From: Eledone cirrhosa
Taxonomy: Eukaryota
Direction: 5' to 3'
Length of the DNA: 64,000 nt
Assembly: GCA_964016885.1 (NCBI GenBank)
Contig: CAXHJY010000322.1
Location: forward strand, 133,029 to 197,028
The position numbers and the translations under genes are program-made. The notes below the pieces were generated by a model. The model was not told where the DNA came from and did no database searches. It was given only the letters and a program-made list of their open reading frames with translations. The first letter of the stretch is position 1. Each line of letters opens with the position of its first letter. This document shows, piece by piece, positions 37,593-55,385 of the stretch.

Positions 37593-38438
37593 CCTATATA
37601 TATATATATACACACCCTATATATATATATACACCCTATAAATATTATATATACCCTATATATATATATATGTATACACCCTATATATATACACCCTATA
37701 TATATAAACCCTATATATATATCCACTTTATATATATATATATACACACTATATATATATACACACCCTATATATATATATATATATACACCTATATATA
37801 TATATACACCTATATATATATATATATATATATACACCCTATATATATATATATACAAACCTTATATATATATACACCCTATATATATATATACACCCTA
37901 TATATATATATATACATCCTCTATATATATATATACACACCCTATATATATATATTTGCACCCTATATATATATATACACCCTATATATATATATATACA
38001 CCCTATATATATATATACACCCTATATATATATATACACCCTATATATATATACACACCCAATACATATATATATACTCCCTATATATATATATACACAC
38101 CCTATATATATATATACACCCTATATATATATATACACCCTATATATATACACACACCCTATATATATATATATACACACCCTATATATATATATATACA
38201 TACCCTATATATATATACACACCCTATATATATATATATACACCCTATATATAAAATATATATACACCCTATATATATATATATATACACACCCTATATA
38301 TATATATAAAATACACCCTATAGACATATATATACACCCTATATATATATATATACACCCTTTATATATATATATGCACCCTATATATATATATACACCC
38401 TATATATATATATACACCCTATAAATATATATATGTAC

Positions 38439-38475
<37 letters not shown>

Positions 38476-39540
38476 TATATATATATATATATACACCCTA
38501 TAAATATATATATATACACCCTATATATATATATACCCTATATATATATATATACACACCCTATATATATATATACACACTATAAATATTATATATACCC
38601 TATATATATATATATATGTATACACCCTATATATATACACCCTATATATATAAACCCTATATATATATACACCCTATAAATATATATATATACACCCTAT
38701 ATATATATATACACACCCTATATATATATATATACACACTATATATATATACACACCCTATATATATATATATATATATACACACCTATATATATATATA
38801 CACCTATATATATATATATATACACCCTATATATATATATATATACCCCCTAAATATATATATATATATATATACCCTATATATATATATATATACACAC
38901 TTATATATATATATATACACCCTATATATATATACACACCCTATATATATATATATATACATCCTCTCTATATATATATGCACACCCTATATATATATAT
39001 TTGCACCCTATATATATATATATACACCCTATATATATATATACACCCTTTATATATATATACACCCTATATATATATATATACACACCCTATATATATA
39101 TATATATATATACTCTACACACCCTATATATATATATATATATATACACCCTATATATATATATATATATATACACATCCTATATATATATAAAATACAC
39201 CCTATAGACATATATATATATCCTATATATATATATACACCCTATATATATATACACCCTATATATATATATATACACCCTTTATATATATATATGCACC
39301 CTATATATATATATACACCCTATAAATATATATATATACACCCTATATATATATATATATATATACACACTATATATATATACACCCTATAAATATATAT
39401 ATATACACCCTATATATATATATATACACACCCTATATATATACACCCTATATACATATATACACCCTATAAATATATATATATACACCCTATAAATATA
39501 TATATATACACCCTATATATATATATATATATATATACAC

Positions 39541-39585
<45 letters not shown>

Positions 39586-40212
39586 CCTATATATATACAA
39601 CCTATATATATATATATATATATACACACCCTATATATATACACTCTCTCTCTCTATATATATATATATACACACTATATATATATATATACACCCTATA
39701 TATATATATATACACCCTATATATATATACACACCCTATATATATATATATATACACCTTATATATATATATATATACAACCTATATATTTTTATATATA
39801 CACCCTATATATATATATACACCCTATATATATATAAATATACACACACTATATATATATATACACCCTATATATATACACCCTATATATATACACACCC
39901 TATATATATATATACACCTATATATATATACACACACTATATATATATATATATATACACCCCATATATATATATATACACACCCTATATGTTTATATAT
40001 ACACACCCTATAAATATATATATATACACCCTATATATATATACACACCCTATATATAAATATATACACACCCTATATATATATATATACACACTATATA
40101 TATATATATACACCGTATATATATGTACACCCTATAAATATATATATACATCCTATATATATACATATATATACACCCTATATATATATATATACACCCT
40201 ATATATATATAT

Positions 40213-40822
40213 ATGGTGGCTGCCAACTCGTTTTCGAGTACGGCCACTACTTTATATCCATGTAGGAGAACCCCTACCGATGCGCTGAACGAGTGTGACT
40301 TTTTAGTCCAGCCAGCAACTTGAAAGCTCTGGTACAAACACTACACTTGTGACAATTATTGACACATAGTGCTGGGCCCATGGTACCATGTGACGACAAG
40401 TGCAGAGAGATCTCCAGATATAAAGCAATGCCTGTGCTGTGAAGCTTTTATAGTGAGCAAAAGCACTGCACAAAGCCAGTCCCACTCTCTTAACCAAGAT
40501 GATATTTACCAAAAAGAAGACCAAGTCAACATCATTGGAAACCATCAGGGTTGCAGGTGTTATATCAGAGTTTTCCTTCTCCTAGAATTCTGCCTTGACA
40601 AAGGCTAAGGGGTCATCTCTCCCGGTGATTTTGGATGGCCATTGACTCTTAAGAGCTCCTTTGCCCTTTGACAGGTTTTGTTTTTAGTCCTGCAGGTTGT
40701 CCAAAGTCACCCTCCACACCAAGAAACCTTGGTGGGGTTGCCAGTTTAGTCGCCAACGACCCGACCATGGGACAGGTTGTACTGGGATACATGTTACCAA
40801 TAGCACCAACTGGTGACCTGAC
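40213..40822 (-). mobile_element. RTE-derived bipartite element, copy 3
   Basis: Homologous to copy 1; inserted in (TA)n. Confidence 0.75.
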
Positions 40823-40995
40823 ATAATATATATATATATATATATATATATACACCCTATATATATATATATATACACACCCTATATATATATACATACA
40901 CCCTATATATATATATATATAACACTATATATATATACACCCTATATATATATACACACCCTATATATATATATACACCCTATATACATATATAC

Positions 40996-41033
<38 letters not shown>

Positions 41034-41563
41034 ACCTATATATATATATACACCCTATATATATACATACACACCATATATATATATACACACCCTATAT
41101 ATATATATATATACACACCCTATATATATATATATATATATACACCCTATATATATATATACACACCCTATATATATATATATATATACATCCTATATAT
41201 ATATATACACCCTATATATATATATATACACTCCATATATATATATACACCCTATATATATATACACTATATATACATATATACACACTATAAATATATA
41301 TATATACACCCTATATATATATATTCACACTTTCACTCACTCACTGTTTTTCTCCCTCTTCTCTTCATTTCATCCTGCACTCACGGACGCTATTTTTTCT
41401 CTCTCTGCTCAATGGCCTTCGTTCGTGCTGGACTATTCTTTCCCTAGCGCTCATATATTCACCTAGCTTACGCTAACAGAATATTTTTTGAAGCTTGTTT
41501 CTCTCCCACGGTATGCTATCTTTTCTGTTGTTCTCCTGTCTCAGTAGCTTTACGCGTTTTAAT

Positions 41564-41666
41564 TGTCCTAATAACTTATTTTGGTTATTATTGCACCGAA
41601 GTGAGATATATGATTTTTAATGCAATGAAATATCTATGATCTTCGGCAAATCACTGATGAGGGACG
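41564..41666 (+). ncRNA. Candidate pseudoknotted hammerhead-like ribozyme with K-turn, variant B (intact core)
   Basis: ATA|TGATTT at 41608-41616, GAAA at 41627 and CTGATGA at 41654. Six pairings are conserved with variant A. Confidence 0.55.
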
Positions 41667-42060
41667 TATTTTATTACATGTTACCATGTGCTACCTGCAG
41701 TATTTTTCTCTATATTTTAATACATATATTTACCACTGCGATTCTGTGTTTTTTTCTCTCTCTCTTACTGTTCCCCCATTCTCTCTGTTTCTCCCCCTCT
41801 GTCTTGTCCGTTAACTCTTCCTCACACTTTCACTCACTCACTGTTTTTCTCCCTCTTCTCTTCATTTCATCCTGCACTGACGGACGCTATTTTTTCTCTC
41901 TCTGCTCAATGGCCTTCGTTCGTGCTGGACTGTTCTTTCCCTAGCGCTCATATATTCACCTAGCTTACGCTAACAGAATAATTTTTGAAGCTTGTTTCTC
42001 TCCCACGATATGCTATCTTTTCTGTTGTTCTCCTGTCTCACTCGCTTTACGCGTTTTAAT

Positions 42061-42163
42061 TGTCCTAATAACTTATTTTGGTTATTATTGCACCGAAGTG
42101 AGATATATGATTTTTAATGCAATGAAATATCTATGATCTTCGGCAAATCACTGATCAGGGACG
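42061..42163 (+). ncRNA. Second copy of variant B with core mutation CTGATGA>CTGATCA
   Basis: Identical helices with a single core change. Confidence 0.45.
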
Positions 42164-42214
42164 TATTTTATTACATGTTACCATGTGCTACCTGCAGTAT
42201 TTTTCTCTATATTT

Positions 42215-42251
<37 letters not shown>

Positions 42252-42334
42252 CCTATATATATATATATATACCCTATAAATATATATATATACACCCTAT
42301 ATATATATATATACGCCCTATTATATATATATAC

Positions 42335-42371
<37 letters not shown>

Positions 42372-42928
42372 CCTATATATATATACACCCTATATATATA
42401 TACAGACCCTATATATATATATACACCCTATATATATATACACACCCCATATATATATACACCCTATATATATAGATACACCCTATATATATATATATAT
42501 ACACCCTATATATATATATCCACATCCTATATATATAAATATACATATAGATATATACACCCTATATATATATACACACCCTATATATATATATATATAC
42601 ACCCTATATTTATATATATATACACCTATATATATATATATATACACCTATATATATATATATACACACCCTATATATATATACACACCCTATATATATA
42701 TACACCCTATAAATATTATATATACCCTATATATATATATATATATATGTATACACCCTATATATATATATATACACCCTATATATATATATATACACCT
42801 ATATATAGATATATATACACACTTATATATATATATATATATATATATACACCCTATATATATATATACACCCTAAATATATATATATACCCTATATATA
42901 TATATATACACACCCTATATATATATAC

Positions 42929-42968
<40 letters not shown>

Positions 42969-43145
42969 CTCTATATATATATATACACGCCCTATATATA
43001 TATATATATACACCCTATATATATATATTAACACACCCTATATATATATATACTCCCTATATATATATATATATATATATACACACCGTATATATATGTT
43101 TACACCCTATATATATATATACACACCCTATATATATATATACAC

Positions 43146-43247
<102 letters not shown>

Positions 43248-44178
43248 CTATATATATATATACACACACCCTATATATATATATACATCCTATAGACATA
43301 TATATAAACCCTATATGTATATATATATACACCCTATATATATATACACACCCTATATATATATATATATATATATACGCTATATATATATATATATATA
43401 TATATACACCCTATATATATATGCACCCTATATATATATATATACACCCTATATATATATATATACACCCTATATATATATATACACACCCTATATATAT
43501 ATATATATATATACACCCTATATATATATATACACCTATATATATATACACACCCTATATATATATACACACCCTATATATATATATATACACCCTATAC
43601 ATATTATATACACCCCACATATATATATATATATATATACACGCTATATATATATATATATATACACCCTATATATATATACACACCCTATATATTTATT
43701 CACACCATATATATATATATATATACACCCTATATATATATATATACACACCCTATATATATATACATACACCCTATAATATATATATATATATACACAC
43801 CCTATATATATATATATACAGACGCTATATATATATACACACCCTATATATATACACACCCTATATATATACACCCTATATATATATATATATACACCCT
43901 ATATATATATATATACACCCAATATATATATATATATATACACCCTATATATATATATATACACCCTATATATATATATATACACCCTATATATATATAT
44001 ACACACCCTATATGTATATATATACACACCATATATATATATATATACACACCCTATATATATATATACACACCCTATATATATATATACACCCTATATA
44101 TATATATACACCCAATATATATATACACACCCTATATATATATATATACACACACTATATATATATATATATATACAA

Positions 44179-44217
<39 letters not shown>

Positions 44218-45011
44218 CCTATATATATATATATATACACCCTATATATATATATATACACCCTATATATATATACACACACACTATATATATATATATA
44301 TATACACCCTATATATATATATTCACCCTATATATATATATATATATATACACGCCATATATATATATACATACCCTATATTTATATATATACACACCCT
44401 ATATATATATATATATATATACACCCTATATATATATATATATATATAGATACACCCTATATATATATACACACACCCTATATATATATACACCCTATAA
44501 ATATTATATATACCCTATATATATATATATATATATGTATACACCCTATATATATATATACACCCTATATATATATATATATACACCTATATATATATAT
44601 ATATATACACCTATATATATATATATACACCCTATATATATATATACAGCCTAAATATATATATATACCCTATATATATATATACACACCCTATATATAT
44701 ATATACACCCTATATATATATATACATCCTCTATATATATTTATACACACCCTATATATATATATATATACACCCTATATATATATATATATACACCCTA
44801 TATATATATATTATCAAACCCTATATATATATATACCCCTATATATATATATACACACCGTATATATATATATACACCCTATATATATATACACACCCTA
44901 TATATATATATATATACACATATATATACACCCTATATATATACACCCTATATACATATATACATACACACCCTATATATATATATATACACAACCTATA
45001 TATATACATAC

Positions 45012-45046
<35 letters not shown>

Positions 45047-46051
45047 CCTACATATATATATCTACACATCCTATATATATATATATACACCCTATAGACA
45101 TATATATACACCCTATATATATATATATACACCCTATATATATATATACGCACCCTATATATATATATATATATATACACCCTATATATATATATACACC
45201 CTATATATATATATACACACTCTCTCTCTATATATATACACCCTATATATATATATATACACCCTATATATATATAACCACCCTATATATATATATATAT
45301 ACACCCTATATATATATATATGTATACACCCTATATATATATGCAACCTATATATATATATACACCCAATATATATATATATATACACGCTATATATATA
45401 ATTATACACACCCTATATATATATACACTGTATATATATATATATACACCCCATATATATATATACACCCTATATATATATATACACCCTATATATATAT
45501 ATACACACCCTATATATATATATACACCTATATATATATACACACCCTATATATATATACACACCCTATATATATATATATACACCCTATAAATATTATA
45601 TACACCCCATATATATATATATACACGCTATATATATATATATATACACCCTATATATATATACACACCCTATATATATATTCACACCCTATATATATAT
45701 ACACACCCTATATATATATATATATATACAGACGCTATATATATATACACACCCTATATATATATACACACCCTATAAATATATATATGCACCTATATAT
45801 ATATATATATACACACTATATATATATATACACACCCTATATATATATATACACCCTATATATATATATATACACACCCTACATATATATATTACACACC
45901 CCTACATATATATATATACACCCCCTATATATATACACACCCTATATATAAATATATACAGAACCTATAGATATATATATACACACCACTATATATATAA
46001 ACATACACCTATATATATACACCCTATATATATATAAATATATATATATAC

Positions 46052-46161
<110 letters not shown>

Positions 46162-46175
46162 ACACTATATATATT

Positions 46176-46208
<33 letters not shown>

Positions 46209-46209
46209 A

Positions 46210-46291
<82 letters not shown>

Positions 46292-46318
46292 ACACCATAT
46301 ATATATATATATATACAT

Positions 46319-46349
<31 letters not shown>

Positions 46350-46354
<5 letters not shown>

Positions 46355-46382
46355 AGTATGTATGTATACAGACGTACAGTAG

Positions 46383-46441
<59 letters not shown>

Positions 46442-46690
46442 TTACAGGCACACATATATATATGCACGTATAAGTTTACCGAACATTTATTATAATGTTC
46501 GCTTTGTTCGTTTGTAAACAAACGAACAGCCTGATTTACGCCGTACAGTGTTTAGGCAACCACGTCACCTCTTTGTTCAACGCTGACACGGGAACGATGT
46601 ACTAGGTTCAAGCTTGTTAGCTATCGTCAGCACCGTATACCTTTCTGCCGTACTAAGAGTGAGAAATGAAATTTTGTTTCATTCTATAAC

Positions 46691-46695
<5 letters not shown>
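46350..46695. other. Non-satellite island of unknown origin (duplicated at ~59375-59730)
   Basis: Complex sequence with adjacent hairpins inside the satellite. Confidence 0.6.
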
Positions 46696-46730
<35 letters not shown>

Positions 46731-46953
46731 CCTATATATATATATATATACCCCCGATATATATATATATATAGACCCTATATATATATATATACACACC
46801 CTATATATATATATACACCCTATATATATATACACCCTATATATATATATACACCCTATATATATATACACCCTATATATATATATAAACCCTATATATA
46901 TATATATATACACACCCTATATATATATAAACACCCTATATATATATATATAA

Positions 46954-46984
<31 letters not shown>

Positions 46985-47200
46985 CCTATATATATATATA
47001 TAAACCCTATATATATATATACACCGTATATAGATATATATATACACCCTATATATATATATACACCCTATATTAATACACCCTATATATAAATATATAT
47101 ACACACCCTATATATATATATATATATACACACCCTATATATATATATATATACACCCTATAAATATATATACACACCCTATATATATATATATATACAC

Positions 47201-47237
<37 letters not shown>

Positions 47238-47429
47238 CATATATATATATATATATATATATACACCGTATATATATATTTATATACACCCTATATATAT
47301 ATACATACACACCTTATATTTATATATACACACCCTATATATATATATATATACACCCTACATATATATATATGTATACTGACCATATATATATATATAT
47401 ATACACCCTATATATATATATATATACAC

Positions 47430-47461
<32 letters not shown>

Positions 47462-48071
47462 CTATATATATATACACCCTATATATATATATACACCCTA
47501 AATATATATATATACCCTATATATATATATACACACCCTATATATATATATACACCCTATATATATATATACATCCTCTATATATATTTATACACACCCT
47601 ATATATATATATATATATATATACACCCTATATATATATATATATACACCCTATATATATATATTATCAAACCCTATATAAAATATATACCCCTATATAT
47701 ATATATATACACACCGTATATATATATATATACACCCTATATATATATACACACTCTATATATATATATATACACACCCTATATATATATATATATATAT
47801 ATATACACCCTATATAATATATATATACACACCCTATATATATATACACACAACCTATATATATATATATACACCCTATATATATATATATACACCCTAC
47901 ATATATATATATATACACACCCTATATATATATATATATACACTCTATAGACATATATATACACCCTATATATATATATATACACCCTATATATATATAT
48001 ACGCACCCTATATATATATATACACTCTATATATATATATATATATACCCCCTATAATTATATATATACAC

Positions 48072-48111
<40 letters not shown>

Positions 48112-48165
48112 CTATATATATATAAACCCTATATATATATACACCCTAAAAATATACATATATAC

Positions 48166-48210
<45 letters not shown>

Positions 48211-48621
48211 CCTATATATATATATACACCCTATATATATATACACCCTATATATATATATATACACACCCTATATATATATATATACACCCTATATATA
48301 TATATATACACCCTATATATTTATACCCACCCTATATATATATATATATACACCCTATATATATATATATGTATACACCCTATATATATATGCAACCTTT
48401 ATATATATATACACCCTATATATATATATATATATACACGCTATATATATAATTATACACACCCTATATATATATATATATATATACACTATATATATAT
48501 ATATATACACCCCATATATATATATACACCCTATATATATATATACACACCATATATATATATATATATATATACACCCTATAAATATTATATACACCCC
48601 ATATATATATATATATACACG

Positions 48622-48684
<63 letters not shown>

Positions 48685-49786
48685 CTATATATATATACAC
48701 ACCCTATATATATATTCACAGCCTATATATATATATACACCCTATATATATACATATACACACTATATATATATACACACCCTATATATATATATATACA
48801 CCCTATATATATATATACAGACGCGATATATATATACACACCCTATATATATATATACACACCCTATATATATATATACACACCCTATATATATATATAT
48901 ATACACCCTATATATATATATATATATATACACCCTATATATATATATATATACACACCTCATATGTATATATATACATACCCTCTATATATATATATAC
49001 ACCCTATATATATATACATCCTATAAATATATATATACACCCTATATATATATTTATATATATACACCCTATATATATATATATATACACCCTATATATA
49101 TATATACACCCTAGATATATATAGATACACCCTATATATATATACACACCCTATATATATATACACACCCTATAAATATTATATATACCCTATATATATA
49201 TATATGTATACACCCTATATATATATATATACACCCTATATATATAAATATATATATACACCTATATATATATATATATATACACCTATATATATATATA
49301 TATATACACCCTATATATATATATATACACCCTAAATATATATATATACCCTATATATATATATATATACACACCCTATATATATATACACCCTATATAT
49401 ATATATATATACATCCTCTATATATATCTATACACACTCTCTCTCTCTCTCTATATATATATACACCCTATATATATATACTCGCTATATATATATATAT
49501 ACACACCGTATATATATATATACATCCTATATATATATACACACCCTATATATATATATACAGACCCTATATATATACACCCTATATATATACACCCTGT
49601 ATACATATATATATACACAACCTATATATATATATATACACACCATATATATATATATATACACCCTATATATATATATATATACACCCTATATATATAT
49701 ACACACCCTATATATATATATACGCACCCTATATATATATATACACCCTATATATATATATTCCCCTTATAAATATATATATATAG

Positions 49787-49824
<38 letters not shown>

Positions 49825-49981
49825 TATATACCCTATATATATATAATCCCTATATATATATACACCCTATAAATATATATATATACACCCTATATATATA
49901 TATACACCCTATATATATATACACACCCTATATATATATACACCCTATATATATATATACACACTCTATATATATATATAC

Positions 49982-50024
<43 letters not shown>

Positions 50025-50140
50025 CCTATATATATATACACACCCTATATATATATATATACACCCTATATATATATATATACACCCTATATATATATGC
50101 ATCCTATATATATATATACACCCTATATATATATATACAC

Positions 50141-50175
<35 letters not shown>

Positions 50176-52636
50176 CCTATATATATATATACAGACGCTA
50201 TATATATATACACAACCTATATATATATATACACACCCTATATATATATATATATATATATACACACCCTATATATATATATATACACCCTATATATATA
50301 TACACATCCTATATATATATATACACACCCTATATATATATATACACCCTATATATATATATATATACGCACCCTATATATATATATATACACCCTATAT
50401 ATATATATACACACCCTATATGTATATATACACCCTATATATATATATATACGCACCCTATATATATATATATACACCCTATTTATATATATACACCCTA
50501 AATATATATATATATATATAGCCTATATATATATATATATACACACCTTATATATATATATACACACTATATATATATATACACACTATATATATATATA
50601 TATACATCCAATATATATATAAATACACACCCTATATATATATATATTTGCACCCTATATATATATATAAACACACCCTATATATATATATAACCCCTAT
50701 ATATATATACACACCCTATATATATATATACACCCTATATATATATATACACCCTATATATATATATACACACCCTATATATATATATATATATATATAC
50801 CCACCCTATATATATATACACCTTATATACATATATATATACATACCCTATATATATATACACACCCTATATATATATACACCCTATATATATATATATA
50901 CACACTATATATATATATATACACCGTATATATATGTACACCCTATAAATATATATATACATCCTATATATATACATATATATACACCCTATATATATAT
51001 ATATATACATCCTCTATATATATATATACACACCCTATATATATATATTTGCACCCTATATATATATATACACCCTATATATATATATATATACACCCTA
51101 TATATATATATACACCCTATATATATATATACACCCTATATATATATACACACCCAATACATATATATATACTCCCTATATATATATATACACACCCTAT
51201 ATATATATATACACCCTATATATATATATACACCCTATATATATACACACACCCTATATATATATATATACACACCCTATATATATATATATACATACCC
51301 TATATATATATACACACCCTATATATATATATATACACCCTATATATAAAATATATATACACCCTATATATATATATATATACACACCCTATATATATAT
51401 ATAAAATACACCCTATAGACATATATATACACCCTATATATATATATATACACCCTTTATATATATATATGCACCCTATATATATATATACACCCTATAT
51501 ATATATATACACCCTATAAATATATATATGTACACCCTATATATATATATACCCTATATATATATATATACACACCCTATATATATATATACACACTATA
51601 AATATTATATATACCCTATATATATATATATATGTATACACCCTATATATATACACCCTATATATATAAACCCTATATATATATACACCCTATAAATATA
51701 TATATATACACCCTATATATATATATACACACCCTATATATATATATATACACACTATATATATATACACACCCTATATATATATATATATATATACACA
51801 CCTATATATATATATACACCTATATATATATATATATACACCCTATATATATATATATATACCCCCTAAATATATATATATATATATATACCCTATATAT
51901 ATATATATATACACACTTATATATATATATATACACCCTATATATATATACACACCCTATATATATATATATATACATCCTCTCTATATATATATGCACA
52001 CCCTATATATATATATTTGCACCCTATATATATATATATACACCCTATATATATATATACACCCTTTATATATATATACACCCTATATATATATATATAC
52101 ACACCCTATATATATATATATATATATACTCTACACACCCTATATATATATATATATATATACACCCTATATATATATATATATATATACACATCCTATA
52201 TATATATAAAATACACCCTATAGACATATATATATACCCTATATATATATATACACCCTATATATATATACACCCTATATATATATATATACACCCTTTA
52301 TATATATATATGCACCCTATATATATATATACACCCTATAAATATATATATATACACCCTATATATATATATATATATATACACACTATATATATATACA
52401 CCCTATAAATATATATATATACACCCTATATATATATATATACACACCCTATATATATACACCCTATATACATATATACACCCTATAAATATATATATAT
52501 ACACCCTATAAATATATATATATACACCCTATATATATATATATATATATACACACCCTATATATATATATACACCCTATATATATACAACCTATATATA
52601 TATATATATATATACACACCCTATATATATACACTC

Positions 52637-52667
<31 letters not shown>

Positions 52668-53187
52668 TATATATATATATATACACCCTATATATATATA
52701 TATACACCCTATATATATATACACACCCTATATATATATATATATACACCTTATATATATATATATATACAACCTATATATTTTTATATATACACCCTAT
52801 ATATATATATACACCCTATATATATATAAATATACACACACTATATATATATATACACCCTATATATATACACCCTATATATATATATACACACCCTATA
52901 TATATATATACACCTATATATATATACACACACTATATATATATATATATACACACCCTATATGTTTATATATACACACCCTATAAATATATATATATAC
53001 ACCCTATATATATATACACACCCTATATATAAATATATACACACCCTATATATATATATATACACACTATATATATATATATACACCGTATATATATGTA
53101 CACCCTATAAATATATATATACATCCTATATATATACATATATATACACCCTATATATATATATATATACACCCTATATATATATAT

Positions 53188-53797
53188 ATGGTGGCTGCCA
53201 ACTCGTTTTCGAGTACGGCCACTACTTTATATCCATGTAGGAGAACCCCTACCGATGCGCTGAACGAGTGTGACTTTTTAGTCCAGCCAGCAACTTGAAA
53301 GCTCTGGTACAAACACTACACTTGTGACAATTATTGACACATAGTGCTGGGCCCATGGTACCATGTGACGACAAGTGCAGAGAGATCTCCAGATATAAAG
53401 CAATGCCTGTGCTGTGAAGCTTTTATAGTGAGCAAAAGCACTGCACAAAGCCAGTCCCACTCTCTTAACCAAGATGATATTTACCAAAAAGAAGACCAAG
53501 TCAACATCATTGGAAACCATCAGGGTTGCAGGTGTTATATCAGAGTTTTCCTTCTCCTAGAATTCTGCCTTGACAAAGGCTAAGGGGTCATCTCTCCCGG
53601 TGATTTTGGATGGCCATTGTCTCTTAAGAGCTCCTTTGCCCTTTGACAGGTTTTGTTTTTAGTCCTGCAGGTTGTCCAAAGTCACCCTCCCCACCAAGAA
53701 ACCTTGGTGGGGTTGCCAGTTTAGTCGCCAACGACCCGACCATGGGACAGGTTGTACTGGGATACATGTTACCAATAGCACCAACTGGTGACCTGAC
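53188..53797 (-). mobile_element. RTE-derived bipartite element, copy 4 (duplicate of copy 3)
   Basis: Nearly identical to 40213-40822. Confidence 0.75.
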
Positions 53798-53972
53798 ATA
53801 ATATATATATATATATATATATATATACACCCTATATATATATATATATACACACCCTATATATATATACATACACCCTATATATATATATATATAACAC
53901 ACTATATATATATACACCCTATATATATATACACACCCTATATATATATATACACCCTATATACATATATAC

Positions 53973-54010
<38 letters not shown>

Positions 54011-54303
54011 ACCTATATATATATATACACCCTATATATATACATACACACCATATATATATATACACACCCTATATATATATATATATACACACCCTAT
54101 ATATATATATATATATATACACCCTATATATATATATACACACCCTATATATATATATATATATACATCCTATATATATATATACACCCTATATATATAT
54201 ATATATACACTCCATATATATATATACACCCTATATATATATACACTATATATACATATATACACACTATAAATATATATATATACACCCTATATATATA
54301 TAT

Positions 54304-55193
54304 TCACACTTTCACTCACTCACTGTTTTTCTCCCTCTTCTCTTCATTTCATCCTGCACTCACGGACGCTATTTTTTCTCTCTCTGCTCAATGGCCTTCG
54401 TTCGTGCTGGACTATTCTTTCCCTAGCGCTCATATATTCACCTAGCTTACGCTAACAGAATATTTTTTGAAGCTTGTTTCTCTCCCACGGTATGCTATCT
54501 TTTCTGTTGTTCTCCTGTCTCAGTAGCTTTACGCGTTTTAATTGTCCTAATAACTTATTTTGGTTATTATTGCACCGAAGTGAGATATATGATTTTTAAT
54601 GCAATGAAATATCTATGATCTTCGGCAAATCACTGATGAGGGACGTATTTTATTACATGTTACCATGTGCTACCTGCAGTATTATTCTCTATATTTTAAT
54701 ACATATATTTACCACTGCGATTCTGTGTTTTTTTCTCTCTCTCTTACTGTTCCCCCATTCTCTCTGTTTCTCCCCCTCTGTCTTGTCCGTTAACTCTTCC
54801 TCACACTTTCACTCACTCACTGTTTTTCTCCCTCTTCTCTTCATTTCATCCTGCACTCACGGACGCTATTTTTTCTCTCTCTGCTCAATGGCCTTCGTTC
54901 GTGCTGGACTGTTCTTTCCCTAGCGCTCATATATTCACCTAGCTTACGCTAACAGAATAATTTTTGAAGCTTGTTTCTCTCCCACGATATGCTATCTTTT
55001 CTGTTGTTCTCCTGTCTCACTCGCTTTACGCGTTTTAATTGTCCTAATAACTTATTTTGGTTATTATTGCACCGAAGTGAGATATATGATTTTTAATGCA
55101 ATGAAATATCTATGATCTTCGGCAAATCACTGATCAGGGACGTATTTTATTACATGTTACCATGTGCTACCTGCAGTATTTTTCTCTATATTT

Positions 55194-55197
<4 letters not shown>
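54304..55197 (+). mobile_element. Duplicate of the 497-bp partial tandem repeat (motifs at 54543-54645 and 55040-55142)
   Basis: Nearly identical to 41325-42216. Confidence 0.6.
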
Positions 55198-55272
<75 letters not shown>

Positions 55273-55385
55273 CCTATATATATATATATATATACCCTAT
55301 AAATATATATATATACACCCTATATATATATATATATACGCCCTATTATATATATATACACCCTATATATATATATATATATATA

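Larger units (their letters stand above)
41325..42216 (+). mobile_element. Partial tandem (~1.8 units, 497-bp period) non-coding repeat, Penelope pLTR/retrozyme-like
   Basis: 41325-41720 repeats at 41822-42216. No credible ORF, TA-flanked, and carries the hammerhead-core motif in each unit. Confidence 0.6.

Noticed and set aside
41636-41944. 102-aa hydrophobic ORF
   Set aside because: Arises from the pyrimidine-rich non-coding repeat and spans the tandem junction.
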